Positions 45,864 through 54,926 of a stretch of DNA of 64,000 nt are shown here, in pieces. The position numbers and the translations under genes were made by a program. Each line of letters starts with the position of its first letter. Within the stretch, counting starts at the first letter, position 1. The stretch is from Mobula hypostoma (taxonomy: Eukaryota). The notes beneath the pieces are model-generated. The model had not been told where the DNA came from and did no database searches. It saw only the letters and a program-made list of their open reading frames with translations. The DNA lies in NCBI RefSeq assembly GCF_963921235.1, contig NC_086097.1:193938001-194002000 (forward strand), written 5' to 3'.

Positions 45864-46140
45864 GGGGTGGCACAGTAACGTAGTGGCTAGCATAGTGCTT
45901 TACAGTACAGAAGACCTGGGTTCAATTCCTGCCGCTGTCTGTAAGGAGTTTGTACGTTCTCCCTGTGACCATATGGGTTTCCTCCGGGTGCTCTGGTTTC
46001 CTCCCACAGACAAAAGATGTTCTATGTTATTTGGCCATTGTAAATTGTCTTGTGATTAGGCTAGGATTAAATTGCAGTGTGGTGTGGCTCAAAGGGCAAG
46101 AATGGCCTATTTTGTGCTGTATCTCAATAAAATAAAATAA
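45864..46140 (+). mobile_element. tRNA-derived SINE of the V-SINE type (HE1-like)
   Basis: tRNA-like head with Pol III B box GGTTCAATTCC (45919-45929); V-domain-like GGGTTTCCTCCGGGTGCTCTGGTTTCCTCCCAC; CR1-like tail aagggcaagaatggccta...gtgctgtatctc ending in (AATAA)n. Confidence 0.85.
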
Positions 46141-46383
46141 TTATCGGGCAAATCAGCCTTCGAAGGCCAAAAAGGCTTATTATGGTTCATATTTCTGGTG
46201 TTTATATGCAGCTGTTCAAATCTTTATCTTCTTGCCTTTATCCACACTTCAATATCTGAGCATCCTCATCCAATGAAGCTTATTAAATATTTATCACTAT
46301 GAATGATTTGTGTAATGCTTGAAGGGATGCTATGTTTGAAAATTTGATTTTAAAAAAAATTACTATTGCTTTTCAATTTACAG

Positions 46384-46479
46384 ATTGACATTGAGATTAA
46401 TGGGGATCCAGTTGATCTGCACATGAAGCTGGGTGATAATGGAGAAGCATTCTTTGTGCAAGAGACGGAGATAGAAAAT
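46384..46479 (+). CDS. LPIN: Internal coding exon (96 bp, phase 0-0) of a lipin / phosphatidate phosphatase gene, N-LIP domain; paralog (LPIN1/2/3) not resolvable
   Basis: Translates to [32 protein letters not shown], matching the conserved lipin N-terminal motif (V/I)[22 protein letters not shown]. It is preceded by the acceptor ttgcttttcaatttacAG (46382-46383) and followed by the donor GTgcgt (46480). It has no stops and is too short for the ORF track. Confidence 0.95.
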
Positions 46480-46774
46480 GTGCGTAACAACTTTACATGT
46501 AAATATTCAAAATAAGGTGGTTTCTCATGGCAAATGAGAGACAGTCTTTGTTGCCTTTGATTGTAGGCTGCTTAAGTTAAGTATCTTTGTACTCGCTGCT
46601 TGCAAATGCTGCTTGAGAATACATCAAAGAACAGTGGAAAATTTGTCACATTTGTTTTTGTGTTAAGTGAAACCTTGCTGTTAGGTTTGTTACCATAGCT
46701 CCTGAATTTACTGAATATAATTTTAATCTGAGCAACTCTATTCAACTTTCAATATGTAAAATTTAATGTTTTAA

Positions 46775-47060
46775 ACTGGGCTTCCCCCCTCCCCCTTTCT
46801 TTCTCCCTGGGCCTCCTGTCCCATGATCCTCTCATATCCCTTTTGTCAATCACCTGTCCAGCTCTTGGCTCCATCCCTCCCCCTCCTGTCTTCTCCTATC
46901 ATTTCCAATCTCCCTTTCCCCCTCCCACTTTCAAATCTCATACTATCTCTTCTTTCAGTTAGTCCTGACAAAGGGTCTCGGCCCGAAATGTCAACTGTAC
47001 CTCTTCCTATAGATGCTGCCTGGCCTGCTGCGTTCACCAGCATTTTTTATGTGTGTTGCT
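46775..47060 (+). mobile_element. Penelope-like element terminal (pLTR/3') fragment containing a degenerate hammerhead ribozyme
   Basis: Pyrimidine-rich tract then ...agtcctgacaaagggtctcggcccgaaatgtcaactgtac...tatagatgctgcctggcctgctgcgttcaccagcatttt..tgtgtgttg. It is the reverse-complement homologue of the end at 48141-48240 of the element that carries GIY-YIG/RT remnants. Confidence 0.8.
46961..46996 (+). ncRNA. Degenerate minimal type I hammerhead ribozyme (Penelope-associated)
   Basis: AGTC-CTGACAA-A-GGG TCTCGG CCC-GAAA-TGTC-AACT, matching stem I / CUGANGA / stem II / GAAA / short stem III / NUH / stem I'. The core has G8->A, and the other deviations are CpG-type transitions. Confidence 0.7.
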
Positions 47061-47719
47061 AAAATTAAGTATTCACTGTGAAAATATATGAAGTGTTGCT
47101 TCTGATAATGATAAAACAACCAGTGATTCCAGGTCCTTTGTTTTGAGTGTCAGACTAAAACTAAGGCACTGATGCTATACATGGTTTAACAGGCTGTGGA
47201 AGAGAAATTATCATGAGGTAATGAGAGACTTGTATTTGTTTTGCCCTATGGTTGGTAAGAAAGGGAACAGCTGAAATCAGATAGCTAAGGATATAGTGAT
47301 TAATGGGGCAGGTTGTCTGATTCACATGCAGTTATTGTTTAAGTGTGCAGGACCTCCAAACTAACCAGCTGGATAGTTGCCATACCACTGGGAGTTGAAT
47401 TGACCCTCATGCCTGCAGGTGGTCACCTCATTTAAAGATTAAGGTACGAAGGAGCTTTTATTGCTCCTGGACTGTGGAATGGTGAGGGACAAATCAGGAA
47501 GGTGTAAATTTGACACTACAATTTGAAGTTACTTGAGAGGGCATTTTATTCGGGGACAGGCACTGAAGGGAACTGAAGTTCCAATTCAGTTGCCGAAACA
47601 GCTGAGCTATTTGGGCCAACTCTGTAAATACATTTTTATGCTAGAATTATTTTTAAGAATTGTGCAGAACAATATGGTTAATGAATGAGATGTTGGGTAC
47701 CCATTATGGTTTCTTCACT

Positions 47720-48140
47720 CTAGTTCAAGTTTAATGCCATTTCAACTGTATACTTGTACACCACCAAACCGAGCAAGATTCCTCCAGGCCGAGGTACAAA
47801 TTACTCAGTAATGTTATCACAAATGAATTTACATACAATAAGGTGCATTTGCATCACAAATATAACACTATTGGCATTTCATAAGGGGTGAAACCTGGGT
47901 GGTGTCAGGGAGTTCAGTAGTCTCATGGCCTGGGGGAAGAAACTATTTCCCATCCTAGCAGTTATTGTCCTAGTGCTGTGGTACCTTCTGCCTGATGGTA
48001 GGGGGCCAAAGAGATTGATGGATGGACGAGAAGGATCATTGACAATGCTAAGGGCCCTACGTACATAGTGCTCAGTAAGTATCATGGATGGGTGGAAGAG
48101 AGATCCCAATGATCCTCTCAACACTCCTGACAATCCTTTG
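47720..48140 (-). mobile_element. Rex1/Babar-type LINE, 3' portion (decayed)
   Basis: Minus-strand translation QRIVRSVERIIGISLPPI...VRRALSIVNDPSRPSINLFGPLPSGRRYHSTRTITARMGNSFFPQAMRLLNS, the typical C-terminus of Rex1/Babar RT ORFs. Confidence 0.8.
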
Positions 48141-48516
48141 CAACACACACAAAATGCTGGAGGAACTCAGCAGACCAGGAGGCATCTATGGAAAAGAGTA
48201 CAGTCAACGTTTCAGGCCAAGATCCTTCAGCAGGACTGGAGGGATAAGATGAGTAGATTTAAGAGGTGGGGGGAGGGGAGGGAGAAACAAGATAATTTGG
48301 TGAAACCCAGAGGGGGAGGGGTGAAGTAAAGTAAAGAGCTGGGAAGTTGATTGGTGAAAGAGATACAGGGCTGGAGAAGGGGGAATCTGATAGGAGAGGG
48401 CCAAAGCCATGGAATAAAGAAAAGCGGGGAGGAACACCAGAGGGGAGGTGGTGGGCAGGCAAGGAGACCAGGTGAGAAAGGGAAAAAGGGATGGGGAATG
48501 GTGAAGGGGGGCATTA
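48141..48516 (-). mobile_element. Penelope-like retroelement, 3' terminal part (left piece)
   Basis: Begins caacacacacaaaatgctggaggaactcagcag, contains a hammerhead motif, and joins to 52104 when the CR1 is removed (ggggcATTA|ctagaagttcaagaaatcg). Confidence 0.8.
48201..48238 (-). ncRNA. Degenerate minimal type I hammerhead ribozyme (Penelope-associated)
   Basis: Minus strand CAGTC-CTGCTGA-AGG ATCTTGG CCT-GAAA-CGTT-GACTG: perfect 5-bp stem I, 3-bp stem II, palindromic ACGT stem III and a GUU cleavage triplet. The core has A6->C. Confidence 0.72.
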
Positions 48517-51500
48517 TATTAATATTCCAGGGTTCCGATGTTTCAAATGTGATCGAGGCAGAGGAATGAAAGGTGGGGGAGTAGCATTGCTTGTTAGGGA
48601 AAATATTACAGCAGTGCTCAGGCAGGACAGATTAGAGGGCTTGTCTACTGAGTCCTTATGGGTGGAGCTGAGAAACAGGAAAGGTATGGCCACATTAGTG
48701 GGATTGTATTACAGACCACCCAATAGTCAACGAGACTTGGAAGAGCAAATCTGCAGAGAGATAGCAGGCAACTGCAGGAAACATAAAGTTGTGGTGGTAG
48801 GGGATTTTAATTTTCCATACATTGATTGGGACTCCCATACGGTCTAGATGGTTTAGAGTTTGTAAAATGTGTTCAGGAAAGTTTTCTAAATCAGTATATA
48901 GAGGGACCAACTAGAGGGGATGCAATATTGGATCTCCTGTTAGGTAACGAATTAGGGCAAGTGACAGAAGTCTGTGTAGGGGAGCACTTTGGTTCCAGTG
49001 ATCATAACACCATTAGTTTCAATTTGATCATGGACAAGGATAGATCTGGTCCTAGGGTTGAGGTTCTGAACTGGAAGAAGGCCAAATTTGAAGAAATGAG
49101 AAAGGATCTAAAAGGTGTGGATTGGGACAGGTTGTTCTCTGGCAAAGATGTGATTGGTAGGTGGGAAGCCTTCAAAGGGGAAATTTTGAGAGTGCAGAGT
49201 TTGTATGTTCCTGTCAGGATCAAAGGCAAATTGAATAGGAATAAGGAACCTTGGTTCTTAAGGGATATTGCAACTCTGATAAATGTGACGAGAATACATA
49301 TAAATTAAGATGTTTGCTGGCCTGGGCTAGCACCAGTGGCATCAGCAGTTGGTCTGCCACCTGTCCTCAGGGGAGGGAGAGATAAGGCGCACAATGAAGC
49401 AGCATTTGGAGGTGTTAATGAAGGAGCCATCAGTCTGGGTATTGTCAAGATCGGCTCCCCCTTTGAACCCTGAACTGTTTGAAGTGATGGACAGGCGATA
49501 CCCCAGCAGGGGGATAAAAAGGGACAGGTTCGCTAAGGCAACACACACACGACACCCGAGGTAACGAGACCCTGGAAGCGGTGCGCCTCTCACAAGTCGG
49601 TGGGAAGTATCGGACCATAAACGCACAGGGTGGAAAGGTACGATCAGCGGGAACCCGGTGTGTGTCCACCCTCGCTTGGGTGCCGGGTTCACTGCAGAGG
49701 ATCAACTGCACCTGGAGGAGGGGTCACAGTCGGTGACCTCAGATGACATCACAAAGGACTCGCCCGAAAGCTGCTTGTGAGCAATATCGCAGGTCTGTGT
49801 GTGGAAGCCGTTTCGAATGATCATTCGTTCTCTCTCTCCTTCCCCCCACATTGTCCATTGCCATGGTAACGATTACTGCGAACTGAACTAAATTGAACTG
49901 GACTTTGTGTCACTTTGAAATTGGTCATTTACCCCGAGACAACGATAGAGCTTGGTTGATCCTGTTATCTTAATTCTGTGCACATGTGTGTTTATCATTG
50001 CTGAACTGTTGCATTTATTATCCTTTCGATTACTGTGTTGCTTGTTTCTTTAGTAAAACTTTCTTAGTTCTAGTAATCCAGACTCCAACTGAGTGATCCA
50101 TTTCTGCTGGATTGGCAACCCAGTTACGGGGTACGTAACATAAGGAAGAAGAGGAAGTTGTATGAAATGTATAGGAAACGGGGTAAATCAGGTGCTTGAG
50201 GAGTATAAGAAGTGCAAGAGAATACTTAAGAAAGAAATCAGGAGGGCTAAAAGAAGGCATGAGGTTGCCTTGGTAGTCAAAGTGAAGGATAATCCAAAGA
50301 GCTTTTACAAGTATATTAAGAGCAAAAGGATTGTAAGGGATAAAATTGGTCCTCTTGAAGATCAGAGTGGTCGGCTTTGTGCGGAACCAAAGGAAATGGG
50401 GGAGATCTTAAATAGGTTTTTTGCGTCTGTATTTACTAAAGAAGCTGGCATGAAATCTATGAAATTGAGGGAATCAAGTAGTGAGACCATGGAAACTGTA
50501 CAGATTGAAAAGGAGGAGGTGCTTGCTGTCTTGAGGAAAATTAAAGTGGATAAATCCCCGGGATCTGACAGAGTGTTCCCTCGGACCTTGAAGGAGACTA
50601 GTGTTGAAATTGCAGGGGCCCTGGCAGAAATATTTAAAATGTCGCTGTCTACGGGTGAAGTGCTGGAGGATTGGAGAGTGGCTCATGTTGTTCCGTTGTT
50701 TAAAAAAGGATCGAAAAGTAATCCGGGAAATTATAGGCCGGTGAGTTTAACGTCAGTAGTAGGTAAGTTATTGGAGGGAGTACTAAGAGACAGAATCTAC
50801 AAGCATTTGGATAGACAGGGGCTTATTAGGGAGAGTCAACATGGCTTTGTGCGTGGTAGGTCATGTTTGACCAATCTATTGGAGTTTTTCGAGGAGGTTA
50901 CCAGGAAAGTGGATGAAGGGAAGGCAGTGGATATTGTCTACATGGACTTCAGTAAGGCCTTTGACAAGGTCCCGCATGGGAGGTTAGTTAGGAAAATTCA
51001 GTCGCTAGGTATACATGGAGAGGTGGTAAATTGGATTAGACATTGGCTCGATGGAAGAAGCCAGAGAGTGGTGGTAGAGAATTGCTTCTCTGAGTGGAGG
51101 CCTGTGACTACTGGTGTGCCTCAGGGATCAGTGCTGGATCCATTGTTATTTGTCATCTATATCAATGATCTGGATGATAATGTGGTAAATTGAATCAGCA
51201 AGTTTGCTGATGATACAAAGATTGGAGGTGTAGTAGACAGTGAGGAAGGTTTTCAGAGCCTGCAGAGGGACTTGGACCAGCTGGAAAAATGAGCTGAAAA
51301 ATGGCAGATAGAGTTTAATACTGACAAGTATTGCACGTTGGAAGGACAAACCAATGTAGAACATACAGGGTTAATGGTAAGGCACTGAGGAGTGCAGTGG
51401 AACAGAGGGATCTGGGAATACAGATACAAAATTCCCTAAAAGTGTCGTCACAGGTAGATAGGGTCGTAAAGAGAGCTTTTGGTACATTGGCCTTTATTAA

Positions 51501-52099
51501 TCGAAGTATTGAGTATAAGAGCTGGAATGTTATGATGAGGTTGTATAAGGCATTGGTGAGGCCGAATCTGGAGTATTGTGTTCAGTTTTGGTCACCAAAT
51601 TACAGGAAGGATATAAATAAGGTTGAAAGAGTGCAGAGAAGGTTTACAAGGATGTTGCTGGGACTTGAGAAACTCAGTTACAGAGAAAGGTTGAATAGGT
51701 TAGGACTTTATTCCCTGGAGTGTAGAAGAATGAGGGGAGATTTGATAGAGGTATATAAAATTATGATGGGTATAGATAGAGTGAATGCAAGCAGGCTTTT
51801 TCCACTGAGGCAAGGGGAGAAAAAACCAGAGGACATGGGTTAAGGGTGAGGGGGGAAAAGTTTAAAGGGAACATTAGGGGGAGCTTCTTCACACAGAGAG
51901 TGGTGGGAGTATGGAATGAGCTGCCAGACGAGGTGGTAAATGCGGGTTCTTTGTTAACATTTAAGAATAAATCGGACAGATACATGGATGGGAGGTGTAT
52001 GGAGGGATATGGTCCGTGTGCAGGTCAGTAGGACTAGGCAGAATATGGTTTGGCACAGCCAAGAAGGGCCAAAAGGCCTGTTTCTGTGCTATGGTTTCT
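48517..52099 (+). mobile_element. 5'-truncated CR1 LINE (ORF2: APE endonuclease + reverse transcriptase), pseudogenised, interrupted by a solo LTR
   Basis: APE motifs GGGVALLV, YYRPP, VVGDFNFP, SDH; RT motifs [40 protein letters not shown]. Frameshift at ~48840 and stops at 51191 and ~51290. 3' tail gaagggccaaaaggcctgtttctgtgct. ATTA duplicated at 48513-48516 and 52100-52103. Confidence 0.95.
49284..50140. mobile_element. Solo LTR (857 bp) of an LTR retrotransposon/ERV
   Basis: TG...CA ends with imperfect inverted termini TGTGACG/CGTAACA and a 4-bp flank duplication TAAA/TAAG. Removing it restores the CR1 (caactctgaTAA(A/G)gaagaagagg). TATA-like GATAAAAA at ~49513 and AGTAAA at ~50052 suggest + orientation. 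No coding capacity. Confidence 0.85.
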
Positions 52100-52103
52100 A
52101 TTA

Positions 52104-53350
52104 CTAGAAGTTCAAGAAATCGATGTTCATGCCATCAGCTTGGTGGCGACCCAGACGGAATCTAAGGTGTTGTTCCTCCAACCTGAGTGTGGCTTCATTG
52201 TGACAGTAGAGGAGGCCATGGATAGACATATCAGAATTGGAAGTGGAATTTAAATGGGGGCCATTGGGATATTCCGCTTCTTCTGTCAGATGGAGTGTAG
52301 GTGCTCAGCGAAGCGGTCTCCCAATCTATGTTGAGTCTCATTGATATATAGGAGGCCACACCAGGAACATGGGACACAGTATATGACCCCGACAGACTAA
52401 CAAGTCCTGGTATCGCCTTACCAGGAAGGAACATTTGGGGTCCTGAATGGTAGTGAGGGAGGAGGTGTAGGGTGTAGGGGCAGGTGTAGCACTTGTTCCA
52501 CTTACAAGGATGTGCCAAATGGGAGATTAGTGGGGAAGGATGAATGGACAAGGGAGTTGCTTAGGGAGCAATTCCTGTGGAAAGCAGGAAGTGGGGGAGA
52601 GGGAAAGATGAGCTTGGTGAGATCCCATTGGAGATGGCAGGGAAGTTACAGAGAATTATATGCTGGACACGGAAGCTAATGGGGTGGTAGGTGAGGACAA
52701 GAGGAACCCTATCTTTGGTAGGGTGGCAGGAGGATAGGGTGAGAGCAGTCGTGCGTGAAATGGAAGAGATATGTTTGAGGGCAGTATTGATGGTGGAGGA
52801 AGGGAAGCCCCTTTCTTTGAAGAAGGAGGACATCTCATTCATTCTGGAATAAAAAGCCTCATCCAGAGAGCAGATGTGGCGGAGACAGAGGAATTGAGAG
52901 AAAGGGATGGCATTTTTGCAAGTAACAGGTTGGGAAGTGGTATAGTCCAGGTAGCTGTGGGAGTCCGCAGGTTTATAACAGACTTCTGTGGATAAGCTGT
53001 TTTCAGAGATTGAGAGAGGTGTCAGAAATGAACCAGATAAATTTGAGGGCGGGGTGGAAGTTGGAGGCGAAGTCGACGAACTCCGCCTGTGTTAAGGAAG
53101 CAGCACCAATGTTGTCGTTAATTTAGTGTAGGAAAAGTGGAGGACAGACACCAGCGTAGGCTTGGACCACAGACTGTTCTAAATAAGCAACGAAAAGGCA
53201 GGCATGTGAGTGCCTATGGCTACACTTTTTGTTTGAAGGATGTGGAAGGAGCCAAAGGAGAAATTATTAAGAGTGAGGACAAGTTCCACTAGAGGGAAGA
53301 GAGTGGTGGTAGGAGGGAACTGGTTGGTGTCCAGAAAGAAACAAGACTCT
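52104..53350 (-). mobile_element. Penelope-like retroelement, decayed RT C-terminus + GIY-YIG endonuclease (right piece)
   Basis: Minus strand reads YKPADSHSYLDYTTS..CKNAIPFSQFL.., MSSFFKERGFPSSTIN, and TC*SVGVIYCVPCSWCGLLYINETQHRLGDRFAEH (GIY-YIG-like, ~52300-52405); stops and frameshifts present. Confidence 0.88.
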
Positions 53351-53590
53351 CAGTCCTTTGTGAGTCTTGTGGTCAGATGCCTTGCAATTCCTGTTTCAGA
53401 CGGTGATGCAGCTGATCAATACTCCCTCAATGGTGTTCTTGTAAATATTGGTTTGAATGGAGTGGGGGCGGGCAAAGCCTTGCTGACCCCAATCTCCTGA
53501 GGAAGTGGAGACACCACTGTGCTTTCTTGACTAAAGAGGCTGTGTTGAGGGACCCGATGAGATTGTCTGTTGTGTGCTCTCCCACAAATA
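53351..53590 (-). mobile_element. Rex1/Babar-type LINE, upstream portion continuing into 48140
   Basis: Minus strand encodes LNTASLVKKAQ..LHFLRRL...TIEGVLISCITV*N.NCKASDHKT, which runs on into QRIVRSVERIIG at 48140. CAGTCCTTTG (53351-53360) duplicates CAATCCTTTG (48131-48140). Confidence 0.78.
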
Positions 53591-54889
53591 TGTTTTGTAC
53601 TTTTACACAGGAGCCAAGTTATTCCTGTATGATTTGTTGGTTCCACAACATACTTCAATGCATTGGTCTGTTATAAATGAAATTGGCTAAAGGACTGTTG
53701 GCTTGAAACTACATATTTCTCCAAAAGTTACTTTGACATGCTGCTCTTAATGGAAATAATTGGAGCCAAGTTTGATTAAAAGTGGGTTGCAAGTTAACAT
53801 TTTTTCCGACGTGAAATGTGTCCCATATGTGCTGCTTCCTCCTGCACAAAACACTAAACTCATGAAACTGAGAAATAGTCAGGCGGCTACCAAGGTGTTT
53901 TCAACTCTGGTTTTTGGTGGCTGAAATAAAGGATTGCAAGGCAGGATATAAGCAATGGGAATCCCAACTAGACTAAGCAATGAGGAAAACTATAGAACCA
54001 GAAGAAATTCTGTAATTTTGAAAGTTCAATTATGCATAAAATGTCTGTGTATGTATGTGGGGGGAGAGATGCTTTTTTTGCTTTGCTGAATTTGTTCCAT
54101 TGCTAGGGTCGATCATCTTGAAACAACCCACACACCAATGATCAATAGGTGGCATGAAATTTTCCACTATTTGTCAATCTTGTCAGTGGTCATTGAGTGC
54201 TAGGCAGAAGCAGTGTCAGTATTCTGGCCCTGAGAATGATTTAGCTACTGCTGCAGACATTGGATAAATAAATGCTTTGGGTTAAATTAATGCAATTTTA
54301 AATTTTTGAATAGTTTGAATGAAATGATGTCTGTCTTGATCCTGCTGTTATGTTATGTCCATTTTTCTTGTGCAGGTCATTTTGTTAAGGAAACTGGTCA
54401 GTTTTAAAATCTGCAGCTCTGGTTTTCCTGTCTTTTATATAATTTGCAAGCACTGCTATTTTAAAATGGACTGAGGAAGTAACCTAATTGCTCTAGTAAA
54501 AAGGTTTTCTTCTCTTGCTGAGAACATGAGCTTCAGGCAGCAGGTTTTAATTATAAGCTTTCTGCAGTCTTTTATGAGACTGCTTTCTTACAGCACATTT
54601 GATTTCACCAGCATTTGGTTTCTATGACTTCCTTCATCTAGTTTTGTCTTCCTCCGTGTATTTGGTCTCTTGAATTTGACACAACTACATTTGGATCTAA
54701 TTCTTCCACAAACAGTCTAACGTTCTTTAAATCACATTTTTCAGTTTCTTTTGATTTCATTTGTCCTTAACACCTTTTTTACATGGGAATGTATGAAGTA
54801 AATACTGCAGAAAAGTATGATTCTTGTAAACAAGAAACTTGTTTGTCCTTAGAAAACCCCTCATCGAGAATGTCTTTCTTGTGTAGACT

Positions 54890-54926
54890 CAGAGAACATA
54901 AAAGCACAGAAACAGGCCTATTGGGC
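54890..54926 (-). mobile_element. Short CR1 3'-tail remnant
   Basis: agaacataaaagcacagaaacaggcctattgggcc is the reverse complement of the CR1 tail seen at 52067-52090. Confidence 0.55.

Noticed and set aside
45864..45935. tRNA gene
   Set aside because: The A/B-box region continues into a V-domain and LINE-like tail and does not give a convincing cloverleaf; it is a SINE head.
50162..51193. 343-aa reverse transcriptase ORF (and the 308-aa ORF at 61385-62311) as active or domesticated genes, or as a retron-like RT plus ncRNA system
   Set aside because: Both are fragments of truncated CR1 ORF2 bounded by stops, frameshifts and insertions. The nearby hammerheads belong to the Penelope element, not to these RTs.
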